A stretch of 64,000 nucleotides of DNA from an uncultured Nitrospinota bacterium (lineage in GTDB: Bacteria > Tectomicrobia > Entotheonellia > J063 > CAVPRW01): positions 96,001-160,000 of the forward strand of contig CAVPRW010000010.1 in NCBI GenBank assembly GCA_963707985.1. The letters are read 5' to 3'. Under the pieces are notes generated by a model. It saw only the letters and a list, made by a program, of their open reading frames with translations. It did not search any database and was not told where the DNA came from. Every line of letters starts with the position of its first letter. Positions within the stretch are counted from its first letter, which is position 1. Below, one piece after another: positions 9,222 through 18,431 of the stretch. The translations under genes were made by a program, and so were the position numbers.

Positions 9222-10253
9222 GTGCAGCATCCTGCCCTTGACCGGCTCAACACCTTGCTCAAACGTGTGAGCCGGTCGTTCTATCTCTCCCTCAGAATAC
9301 TGCCCCGGTCGTTGCGCACCCCCATCGGGCTCGCCTATCTGTTCGCGCGGGCTGCGGACACGATCGCCGACACGGCCTTGATGAGCTCAGCCGAGCGTCT
9401 AACCCTCCTGCGGCAGTTCCGCAGCCTCTTTCAGCGCTACGATGAGACGGCTCTGGCGGTGCTTCGTGGCGCACTTGTCGGGCCGCAACGTATCCCCGCT
9501 GAGCGTGAATTACTCTCCTGCCTCGATGAGTGCTTCGTCGTCTTGCAGGCCTGTGCGCCAGATGATCAAGCTCGTATTAATAGGCTCCTCCTGACGCTGA
9601 CGCAGGGCATGGTGCTGGACCTGACGACGTTTCCAGCTGAGCATGACGGACTAGTGGTTGCCCTCAAGACCCGTCAAGAGCTGGACCAGTACACCTATTA
9701 TGTCGCCGGTTGTGTGGGGGAGTTTTGGACCGATATGCACATGGCGCATCGGCCGGCGCTGCAAGGATGGCATGTCGACATCATGAAGTCGTGGGGGATG
9801 CGCTTTGGTAAAGGGCTGCAGATGACCAATATTTTGCGGGATCTGGCCCATGATCTGCGCATCGGACGCTGCTACCTGCCTCTTGAAGAGCTTGTTGCAC
9901 ATGGCCTATCGCCCGACCACCTCCTCGAACCCACCGCTATCACTCGCGTGCGTCCCCTCCTGCATGAGCTGCTGGCGCTGACGCGAGACCATTATCGTTG
10001 GGGTTGGGCCTATACCTTGGCGATTCCACGACGTGAGGTGCAGATGCGCTTGGCCTGCGCCTGGCCACTTCTGATCGGGTGCAGGACCCTCGCCCTGATC
10101 GCCAGATCCGACAATCTCCTCGATCCCAACCTCAGCCTGAAGATTTCACGCCCTGCTGTATACCGTATTCTCCTGTCTTCGGGTGTCCTGGCCTTCTCCA
10201 ATGGAGGGCTCAGGTTATACGCCTCGCATCTTGAACGCCAATTGAGCTTCTAG
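9222..10253 (+). CDS. Squalene/phytoene synthase family protein
   Basis: VSRSFYLS, ADTIAD, YTYYVAGCVGEFWT, GKGLQMTNILRD. Confidence 0.9.
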   Translation: MQHPALDRLNTLLKRVSRSFYLSLRILPRSLRTPIGLAYLFARAADTIADTALMSSAERLTLLRQFRSLFQRYDETALAVLRGALVGPQRIPAERELLSCLDECFVVLQACAPDDQARINRLLLTLTQGMVLDLTTFPAEHDGLVVALKTRQELDQYTYYVAGCVGEFWTDMHMAHRPALQGWHVDIMKSWGMRFGKGLQMTNILRDLAHDLRIGRCYLPLEELVAHGLSPDHLLEPTAITRVRPLLHELLALTRDHYRWGWAYTLAIPRREVQMRLACAWPLLIGCRTLALIARSDNLLDPNLSLKISRPAVYRILLSSGVLAFSNGGLRLYASHLERQLSF

Positions 10254-10341
10254 AAGAAGGGGCCATCCTCAGTCCGCTTCCTCCGCCCCAACGGTCTACT
10301 GGTGTGACCGGATCATCGAGGTAGGCCTATAGGCGGTGCCA

Positions 10342-10698
10342 TCAGCTCCCCGAGCCCTTGGAAACATCCCGCAGGAGATTCTTCTCCCGCAAGATGTGTT
10401 CGACCGCGGCGTCGTCCTCCACCGTAAAGCTGATGCATAGTTTTTGGTTCTGCAAATGCATGAAAAAGATCTGCCTGCGTCTCGGTCGTTGGAGATCCAT
10501 CGGAGACCAGGTATGCAACCCTGCGCTCCCCTGCAGTCGATACTTGCCTGTGGAGAAGCTGGGTTTTTGCACGACGACGCGTTGGATGTCAGAGAGTTTC
10601 AGTCGTTTTGCCCCGAACGGGAAATAGTATCGTCTGAAGAGCATGGTCTCGGAAGAGATCTCGACAAGGCTGTCAGAATAGAGGACGTCTGCCTTCAT
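10342..10698 (-). CDS. Hypothetical protein
   Basis: MKADVLYSDSLVEISSETMLFRRYYFPFGAKR...; globular-looking 118 aa; start uncertain. Confidence 0.55.
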   Translation of the reverse strand: MKADVLYSDSLVEISSETMLFRRYYFPFGAKRLKLSDIQRVVVQKPSFSTGKYRLQGSAGLHTWSPMDLQRPRRRQIFFMHLQNQKLCISFTVEDDAAVEHILREKNLLRDVSKGSGS

Positions 10699-10943
10699 AG
10701 ATGTTAAGGCCCCTATGCTGTGGTATGAGCCTATCTGACCGCATCTTACCGACACGGTCCAGAGCGTGAGAAACGTCGTCCCACTGGGTGGGAAAGATGC
10801 CCATAGCCTGCCTGTACAATGGTGGAACACAGCCTCACTTCGGAAGAACAAACTACAGCGCTACGCTGCTGTCAAGTTAAAACTGCTCGTCGTCACGTCG
10901 GAGATCCCGAGGGTGAAGCGCTAATGTGGGCGCTCTTGCGCGC

Positions 10944-10997
10944 TTGACACACCCTTGTAGATAGCCTATTGTCGACTTCGTCTTCCTATTGACGAAG
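10944..10997 (+). promoter_or_regulatory. Sigma70 promoter with inverted repeat near the transcription start
   Basis: TTGACA-17 bp-TATTGT followed by CTTCGTC-N8-GACGAAG. Confidence 0.5.
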
Positions 10998-11260
10998 AAA
11001 ATTCGCCGGATAAGATGGAGACATGAGTGGTCAATCCATCAGCGAGGAGGGCTGTCAGCCGGCGTCGAACAGCTATCCTAAGCATGGACGACAAGGCTGA
11101 GGGCCGGATGCCGACGAAGAAACCTAAGGCCTGAGCTCACCCGGAGGTCAAGCCTATTTTCACCTCTGAATCAAGCCAGTCCGGAGACATCGACGATGTT
11201 CGACGGGGGCAACGGATGCCTCCCACACCCGTTGAACGATGGCAGAGACGGAGATGGCGT

Positions 11261-12583
11261 ATGCATGCTGATCTCAACACACACCTCCCAATGAGCAGCG
11301 CGCGCACCACCACCCGACGACAGTTTTTGCACATCTCCCTTGGAGCTACAGCTGGACTAGCGGCTATTCTCAGCGCAGGGACCGCGCCGGCGATTCATGA
11401 GCCACTGCACGAGATCACGCTCCTGTCTACGACTCATTTCGTGCCAGCCTCGGATAGAAAGCTGCATGAGCTGGCACAGCGCTTCACAAAGAACACAGGG
11501 ATCAGCGTCAAGATCAACCGTATCGCCAGTCCGCAGTTGCCGGCGAAGCTTGCTGCTGAAGTACAGATGCAGTCCGGACACGACTTAGTCGATCTGCGCA
11601 TGCACTTGCCCATCTACCACGAAGCTCAGCTGGTGGACCTCACCGATATTGTCGTGCCGTTGGCTGAGAAAAACGGCGGCATGTATGGCTTCTGTGCAGA
11701 AGCGGCCCTAGTGCACGGGCGCTGGCGAGCAATGCCTTGGCATCATAGGTCATTTCCGGGGTCATATAACAAGACATATTTTGATCAGGTGGGCGAGGAA
11801 GCCCCAGCCACCTGGGACGACCTCCTCCGCGCCGGCAGAAAATTGAAGGCAAATAGCTACCCTGTTGGTATCGCAATCGGCCAGACATATGACGCAATAT
11901 CCACTCTGTCGGCCATTATGTGGTGCTATGGCTCCAAGATCGTTGAGGAGGACGGTAAGACCGTCGCCATCAATTCAAAGGCTACTGAGGCGGCCATCGA
12001 ATACACCAAACAATTATATGCCGACGCTATGGAACCGGAGGTGCTCTTGTGGGATGACAATAGTAACAATCGCATGCTGCTGTCTGGCAAGGGCTCATGG
12101 ATTCATAACGCACACAGTCATTATCTCATGGCCAAAGAGAAGAAGATGCCCATCGCCGAGCAGATTTATTTCCATCTTTCCCCGCGCGGCCCCGCCGGTC
12201 GACATACGCCGACGGTGGTGCGGAGCTTGGGCATCTGGAAATTCTCGAAGCACATCGAACCAGCCAAGGAGTTCATCAAATTCCATTTTAGCCGAGACAA
12301 TTACTTGGAGTTCATCATCGCAAGCGAGTGCTTCAATGCCCCGGTGTATAAGAGTATGGAGGCCCATTCCGCCTGGAAGACAGACCCCAAATACGAACCG
12401 ATCAAGGAAAGCGGGAAATACGGCCATCTATATGGCTGGCCGGCACCGGGAGATGAAAAGAGCCAACAGGTCACCTACGCCTTTGTCATTCCCAACATGT
12501 TCGCCAAGGCGGTGACTGGTGTGCCCACGAAAGAGGCGATCCTCTGGGCTGAAGGGGAGATCAGACGCATTTACGGAAGCTAG
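11261..12583 (+). CDS. ABC transporter substrate-binding protein (sugar-type family 1), Tat signal
   Basis: TRRQFL twin-arginine signal; PATWDDLL; WDDNSNNR. No permease or ATPase genes nearby. Confidence 0.85.
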   Translation: MHADLNTHLPMSSARTTTRRQFLHISLGATAGLAAILSAGTAPAIHEPLHEITLLSTTHFVPASDRKLHELAQRFTKNTGISVKINRIASPQLPAKLAAEVQMQSGHDLVDLRMHLPIYHEAQLVDLTDIVVPLAEKNGGMYGFCAEAALVHGRWRAMPWHHRSFPGSYNKTYFDQVGEEAPATWDDLLRAGRKLKANSYPVGIAIGQTYDAISTLSAIMWCYGSKIVEEDGKTVAINSKATEAAIEYTKQLYADAMEPEVLLWDDNSNNRMLLSGKGSWIHNAHSHYLMAKEKKMPIAEQIYFHLSPRGPAGRHTPTVVRSLGIWKFSKHIEPAKEFIKFHFSRDNYLEFIIASECFNAPVYKSMEAHSAWKTDPKYEPIKESGKYGHLYGWPAPGDEKSQQVTYAFVIPNMFAKAVTGVPTKEAILWAEGEIRRIYGS

Positions 12584-12688
12584 ACACAAACCGAATGCCG
12601 CAGCACACGTAGTGGTGATCGGATGTCGGACCTGCACCACCAGGATGTGTCTCTATCTAGCAGCCAAAATGCAGGAGAGATCGTCACC

Positions 12689-13603
12689 ATGGGTTTGATG
12701 GTCACAATGGACGTCGTCGCAGCGAGCGCAGCTTTAGAGCCACTGCTGCAGACCGCCTCCTGGGAAGGGGAAATCGCTGCAGTTTTTCGTCACAGCCTCC
12801 TCTGCACGGCTCCAGATAAACACCTCCTGCATCTACACACGGGACCGCGTCTTGCCTCTCCGTTCAGCTTGCGCATTGCAATTGAAGAGGCGTTCGCGAA
12901 GGTGCTCCAAGCCACCCCTTTGGTGCAGGGGATGCCGGTGTTGAAAAGGGACCGAACGATCGTCATCACCGAAGGTGTTCACCTTAGGCTCGCTCGGACC
13001 ACCTATTACGAATCGCCAAGGCACCCCCCAGGAGCTATAGATCCCGAAGCCATCGGACACGCCCGCCAGACACTCAGGCTTTACGGGCATATCGGCGGTT
13101 TCGACCGGTTGCCAGATGCTCACGCGGTCGCTCGCACTATGCACTGGGCGCTTGCTAGGAGGGATGCAGCCCGGATTCTTGAAGCCACTAGCCATCTCAT
13201 CGGCCTCGGTCCGGGGCTCACCCCGTCTGGAGATGACTTCCTGGTCGGCTGCCTCAGGGGGCTGTGGCTGATGCGCCGCAATGCTCCGAGGGTGGGTGAG
13301 ATGCTCGACTGCTTGCGGGAGGAGCTGCGGCCGACCCTGGATGCGCGTACCACCCGTGTCAGCGCCGAGTTCATCCGCTACGCTTTGGACGGAGCCTTTG
13401 CAGAGGTTCTCGATCAGGCAGCGCTAACGTTTTTGGCTCCCTTCGACCCACAAGGGGTGCAGTCTGCCATCACCGGCCTACTGGCCCAGGGTGACACATC
13501 AGGAACCGATACGATAGTTGGTCTCCTCACGTGCCTCGAAGCACTGGTATCTCTCCCCAAGAGTGAACCGTTCCAAGAGCTGCAGGACGAAGTTAACACC
13601 TGA
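12689..13603 (+). CDS. DUF2877 (YlbF-like) protein
   Basis: LIGLGPGLTPSGDDFLVG and GDTSGTD motifs; next to fdrA. Confidence 0.8.
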   Translation: MGLMVTMDVVAASAALEPLLQTASWEGEIAAVFRHSLLCTAPDKHLLHLHTGPRLASPFSLRIAIEEAFAKVLQATPLVQGMPVLKRDRTIVITEGVHLRLARTTYYESPRHPPGAIDPEAIGHARQTLRLYGHIGGFDRLPDAHAVARTMHWALARRDAARILEATSHLIGLGPGLTPSGDDFLVGCLRGLWLMRRNAPRVGEMLDCLREELRPTLDARTTRVSAEFIRYALDGAFAEVLDQAALTFLAPFDPQGVQSAITGLLAQGDTSGTDTIVGLLTCLEALVSLPKSEPFQELQDEVNT

Positions 13604-13634
13604 GCAGTATCTGCTGCCATACGAGGGGAGGGGC

Positions 13635-15176
13635 ATGCCGATGCTCACCTGGAATGTAGTCCATAAAGGCGTCTATCACGACTCCGTGACACTCATGTAC
13701 CTGACACAAGGCTTGCAGGTCGTCCATGGCGTGCAGCGGGCTGCCGTCATGATGGGTACCCCATCGAATCGAGTCCTCCTGCGCGATGCAGGATTGCTGA
13801 CGCCCGATGGCGAGGCCGCCTCACCGAACGATTTGATTATCGCCATTGAGGCTGCCGACATAGCTGCAGCCCGTGCTGGAGCCCAGGCAGCCGACGCCGC
13901 CCTATCGACCGGCTTGCCCTCGACGCTGCGAACTCAGACAGCCCGCCATCCGCGCACACTGCGGTCGGCCCTCACGATGCTCGACGGTGCCAACCTGGCC
14001 CTTATTTCAGTACCTGGGCTCTATGCTGGACTCGAGGCAATGAAGGCTCTGCTGGCGGGGATGCATGTCATGCTCTTCAGCGACAACGTGCCAGTGACGA
14101 CTGAGATTGAACTCAAGCGCTTTGCTCTCGCCGAAGGCTTGCTGATGCTTGGGCCTGATTGTGGAACAGCGATCATCAACGGTGTCCCACTCGGCTTCGC
14201 CAACGCGGTGCCACGCGGCCGTATCGGGCTTGCTGCGGCGTCCGGGACCGGCCTCCAGGAGGTTTCATGTCTCATCGCAGCTGCTGGAGAAGGGGTATCG
14301 CAGGCCATCGGGGTCGGCGGACGCGATCTCACGGATGACATAGGTGGTCTGATGATGGCTCACGCCCTTGACATCTTGGCTGCAGACCCGACCACCGAGG
14401 TGATAGGGGTGATCGGCAAACCGCCGGGACCCAGCACTGGTGTGCGTCTACAAAACCAATTGGCACAGCTGGGGAAGCCGTGTGTCGTGTATCTTTCGGG
14501 GTCGACCTCCGTCGCGGGCTCGTCCTGGTATGCTGCAGCCACCCTCGAGAAGACAGCTCTGGACCTCATCGCCCTGGCTCGATGCGGGCGAACGACGCCG
14601 ATCGAATGCGCCATGTCCAGGGAGGAGAGTGAGCGAGTTATCGGGGAAGCCACACGCGCCGTGCACCCAGGCCAGCGTTTTGTACGCGGACTCTATGCAG
14701 GGGGAACATTGGCCTATGAGGCGCTTGACTTGCTACGAGCCAAGTTACCCAAGGTTTTTCCTGGTGTTGTGGGGGGAGGAGAGGGGCACTCCGTTGTCGA
14801 TCTGGGTGAAGATCAGTTTACCCTCGGGCGCCCCCATCCAATGATCGACGGGATGCTACGCCGCGAGTGGATTCTCAGAGCCGCGGAGGAACCGACGACC
14901 GCGATCATCCTGCTTGATGTCATCCTCGGCTACGGAGCCAACGCCGATCCGACAGGAGAACTTCTTCCGGCTATCCAGCAGGCCACTCGTCGGGCGCAGG
15001 CGGGGGGCCGACATGTGGTGGTGGTGGCAAGCGTCTGCGGTACTGAGCAAGACCCACAGAAGCGCTCGGTCCAGATCGAGGCCCTACGTAGACACGACGT
15101 TATCGTCATGCCGTCCAATGCCCAGGCGGCTCGCCTCGCGGCGAACATCGCTGCTCGCCTGTCGGGCGGTGGGTGA
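13635..15176 (+). CDS. fdrA: FdrA-family acyl-CoA synthetase-like protein
   Basis: YHDSVTLM, LFSDNV, GPDCGTAIING, GLYAGGTLAYEA, GRPHPMID, SVCGTEQDPQ. Confidence 0.88.
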   Translation: MPMLTWNVVHKGVYHDSVTLMYLTQGLQVVHGVQRAAVMMGTPSNRVLLRDAGLLTPDGEAASPNDLIIAIEAADIAAARAGAQAADAALSTGLPSTLRTQTARHPRTLRSALTMLDGANLALISVPGLYAGLEAMKALLAGMHVMLFSDNVPVTTEIELKRFALAEGLLMLGPDCGTAIINGVPLGFANAVPRGRIGLAAASGTGLQEVSCLIAAAGEGVSQAIGVGGRDLTDDIGGLMMAHALDILAADPTTEVIGVIGKPPGPSTGVRLQNQLAQLGKPCVVYLSGSTSVAGSSWYAAATLEKTALDLIALARCGRTTPIECAMSREESERVIGEATRAVHPGQRFVRGLYAGGTLAYEALDLLRAKLPKVFPGVVGGGEGHSVVDLGEDQFTLGRPHPMIDGMLRREWILRAAEEPTTAIILLDVILGYGANADPTGELLPAIQQATRRAQAGGRHVVVVASVCGTEQDPQKRSVQIEALRRHDVIVMPSNAQAARLAANIAARLSGGG

Positions 15177-15279
15177 TGCCTTCGTGAGATTGCAAGCCGC
15201 ACGTCACTGTCGGTTGCCCTGCTGGTCGTCAGATCGGTGGCCGCGGAGGCTGATCTCCTGCAATGCCAATGTGCGGCGC

Positions 15280-16725
15280 TTATGGGAGGAAACTGGCGAT
15301 TGCGGCTTGCGCAGCATTGATCAATGGACCTGGGAAGATGCCGAAGATGAGCGTCCCAGCCACCATCAAGATGAGAGCAGCGGCAATTCCCGGCGTCGGG
15401 GATAGACCGTGCTCCTTCGGGGCATCTTGCATGTACATTTGCATTACCACGCTAAAATAGTAGTAGAGCGAAATGGCACTGCTAATCACTCCGACCACTG
15501 CGAGCCCAATATAGCCGCCCTGGATGGCCGAGGCGAAGAGGTAAAACTTCCCGACAAACCCAGCTGTCGGCGGAATACCGGTGAGCGAGAGAAAAAAAAT
15601 CACCAGCGACGCCGAGGCCACTGGACTCACACGCGCCAAGCCGGTAAATTCTTCGATCGTATCACCACGTTCCCCACGTCGACAGAGCAGGACCACCAGG
15701 GCAAAGGCGCCAATAGTCATAAAGACGTACGACATGGCATAGACCAGCACGCTGGCGAGGCCGATCTTCGTTCCCGTGATCACTCCAATCAACATATAGC
15801 CGGCACTGGCGATGCTGGAATAAGCAAGCATGCGCTTGATATTGCTTTGCGCGATGGCCACCAGCGTGCCGACCAACATGCTCAAAATCGACACCGCCCA
15901 CAGCAATGGTTCCCATTGGGCTTTGCTCGAGTCTAACGCCACCAGGAAGATCCGCATTAAGCCGGCGAATGCAGCCGCCTTTGATCCCACCGAGATGAAT
16001 CCCACAACCGAGTGGGGTGCGCCTTCGTAGACATCCGGCGCCCACATATGGAACGGCACTGCCGCAATCTTGAAGCCAAAGCCGCCGACCAGCAGAATGA
16101 TGGCAAGGATGAGGACGGGATTGGAACCTGTCACCATGACCTGCTCGGCCATCACTGCGAGTTGGGTGCTGCCGGTTAACCCATAGAGCAACGCCAAACC
16201 GTATAACAAGACCCCTGACGAAAAACTTCCCATCAAGAAATACTTCAGGGCCGCTTCGATCGATTTCGGGTCGCGCTTAACAAAACCCGCCAGCGCATAG
16301 ATTGCCAGGGACATCAGCTCCAAGCCGATATAGATGGCCAGCAAGTCCACCCCGGCAGCCATAATCATCATGCCGATGGTGGAGAAGAGAATCAATGAGT
16401 AGTATTCTCCGGCTGGGATGTCCTCAATGACAAGGTAGCGAGGAGATATCAGGATCGTCAGGGCTGCCACCAGTAGAAAGAGGACTTTGAAGAACAGGCT
16501 AAAACCATCGAGCGTATACATAGCGCTGAAGGTGGTGAGCGTGGTACCAGTCAACCATATACAGCTCAATAGTGCAACCATTACCCCCACAAAACTGAAG
16601 GCAGCAATGGCCAACCGCTGTTGCCGTCGCAGGAGCAGATCCAGGATCAGCGTGGCACTGGCCCAGATGAGCAGGATGAGCTCGGGAAGATACGCGCGTA
16701 TGTCCGGAATCTCGGCCACAGACAC
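15280..16725 (-). CDS. nuoN: NADH-quinone oxidoreductase subunit N, copy 2
   Basis: [47 protein letters not shown]. Confidence 0.95.
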   Translation of the reverse strand: MSVAEIPDIRAYLPELILLIWASATLILDLLLRRQQRLAIAAFSFVGVMVALLSCIWLTGTTLTTFSAMYTLDGFSLFFKVLFLLVAALTILISPRYLVIEDIPAGEYYSLILFSTIGMMIMAAGVDLLAIYIGLELMSLAIYALAGFVKRDPKSIEAALKYFLMGSFSSGVLLYGLALLYGLTGSTQLAVMAEQVMVTGSNPVLILAIILLVGGFGFKIAAVPFHMWAPDVYEGAPHSVVGFISVGSKAAAFAGLMRIFLVALDSSKAQWEPLLWAVSILSMLVGTLVAIAQSNIKRMLAYSSIASAGYMLIGVITGTKIGLASVLVYAMSYVFMTIGAFALVVLLCRRGERGDTIEEFTGLARVSPVASASLVIFFLSLTGIPPTAGFVGKFYLFASAIQGGYIGLAVVGVISSAISLYYYFSVVMQMYMQDAPKEHGLSPTPGIAAALILMVAGTLIFGIFPGPLINAAQAAIASFLP

Positions 16726-16728
16726 CGC

Positions 16729-18330
16729 CTATTCCTCCTTGCCTGACATGTAGGCCGCCGGGGACGTCAGTCGTTGCACCACCGACAGCAGCGAGGCCTT
16801 CGCCGATGGGCTGTGTTGGATGCTGGCCTGCTGGACGTGGTTGAGCCAATAACTCACGCTAGCCTCCATGGATCGCAGATAGGGCTTGGGATAAACACCG
16901 ATCCAGATCATCAAGATGACAATCGGTATCATATAGGCCACTTCACGCCCATTGCAGTCGTTGAGGCGGGCATTTTCAGGCTTGTCGAGCTCACCAAACA
17001 TGACGCGTTGGAAGGCCCAGAGCATGTAGGCCGCCCCCAGGATGATGCCAAGCACGGCAAAACCTGCCCAGACGAAATTTGTTCGGAAAGCACCGACCAG
17101 GATCAGGAACTCACCGATGAAGCCATTGAGTCCTGGAAGCCCAATGGACGAGAACATCGTGATGGCGAATAGAGTGGCGAACACCGGCATCTGCTTGGCG
17201 AGTCCTCCGTAGTCGGCAATCAGCCTCGTATGCCGTCGCTCGTAGACCATACCAACGATCAAGAACAGGGCGCCGGTGCTCAAACCGTGGTTGATCATCT
17301 GCAGAATAGCGCCTTGCACGCCCTCAGGCGTCATGGTGAAGATGCCAAGCATGACGAAGCCCAAGTGGCTGACGCTGGAGTAGGCCACTAACTTCTTAAG
17401 ATCTGGCTGTGCCATAGCAACCAAAGCGCCATAGATAATACCGACAATAGCTAGAAAGGCCATAAGCGGGATGAAAGCCTGACTCGCCACCGGAAACAGC
17501 GCCAGGCTGAAGCGTACAAAACCGTAGGTCCCCATTTTCAGCAGTACACCAGCTAGGATGACGCTGCCAGCGGTCGGCGCCTCGACATGCGCATCCGGTA
17601 ACCAGGTATGAAACGGAAACATCGGAACCTTAATAGCAAAGGCTAGAAAAAAGGCAAGAAACAGCCAGATCTGGTGCGCAGGATCGATATTGGTTTTGAG
17701 TAGCTCCAGGAAATTAAAGGTCAAGACGCCGGTCTGATCGTAATGCATGAAATAGATAGCAAGAATAGCTAACAGCATGAACACGCTGCCGAACAGGGTG
17801 TACAAGAAAAACTTGATTGCTGCATAAAGCTTGCGTGGCCCACCCCAGATGCCAATCAGAAAGTACATGGGGACAAGCATGACTTCCCAGAATACATAGA
17901 AGAGGAAGAAGTCCAGCGCCATGAAGACGCCCAACATTCCTGTCTGGAGGAAAAGCAAGGAGAAGTAGTACTCCTTCTCGCGCTCCTCAATGGCAGTGAA
18001 TGAGCAAACTACTGCGATAACCCCCAGCAATGTGGTCAAAAAGACCAGGAGGAGGCTGATCCCATCCACGCCGAGGAAATACTCGACGCCGATGGCATCG
18101 ATCCATCGCCGCTGCTCGACGAACTGGAATTGGTGTGTGCTGGCATCGAAGGCAAGAAGAATGGGGAGCGATACTAGAAAGTCGAGCAATGTGACAACGA
18201 AGGCAAAATTTTTAATGGCCTGGGTCTGCTCGCGGCGAAACGCAAAGATGATGATGAGCGCCCCAATCAAGGGGATAAACAGTGTGAGTGATAGAATATG
18301 GAATCCGCCAAGAGCATGCGGCGCAATCAT
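16729..18330 (-). CDS. nuoM: NADH-quinone oxidoreductase subunit M, copy 2
   Basis: [49 protein letters not shown]. Confidence 0.95.
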   Translation of the reverse strand: MIAPHALGGFHILSLTLFIPLIGALIIIFAFRREQTQAIKNFAFVVTLLDFLVSLPILLAFDASTHQFQFVEQRRWIDAIGVEYFLGVDGISLLLVFLTTLLGVIAVVCSFTAIEEREKEYYFSLLFLQTGMLGVFMALDFFLFYVFWEVMLVPMYFLIGIWGGPRKLYAAIKFFLYTLFGSVFMLLAILAIYFMHYDQTGVLTFNFLELLKTNIDPAHQIWLFLAFFLAFAIKVPMFPFHTWLPDAHVEAPTAGSVILAGVLLKMGTYGFVRFSLALFPVASQAFIPLMAFLAIVGIIYGALVAMAQPDLKKLVAYSSVSHLGFVMLGIFTMTPEGVQGAILQMINHGLSTGALFLIVGMVYERRHTRLIADYGGLAKQMPVFATLFAITMFSSIGLPGLNGFIGEFLILVGAFRTNFVWAGFAVLGIILGAAYMLWAFQRVMFGELDKPENARLNDCNGREVAYMIPIVILMIWIGVYPKPYLRSMEASVSYWLNHVQQASIQHSPSAKASLLSVVQRLTSPAAYMSGKEE

Positions 18331-18431
18331 CAATACGCTCCTCTCTGAAACCAGTGCCAAGTGCCGAAGACTATATGCAGTGTGAATTCCAAATCAATGA
18401 ATTGCTCAGCCCTCAGCACGTTCTGCTCTCA

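Noticed and set aside
10975..11260. Riboswitch in the long SBP leader
   Set aside because: No known aptamer consensus recognised by eye; a covariance search would be needed.
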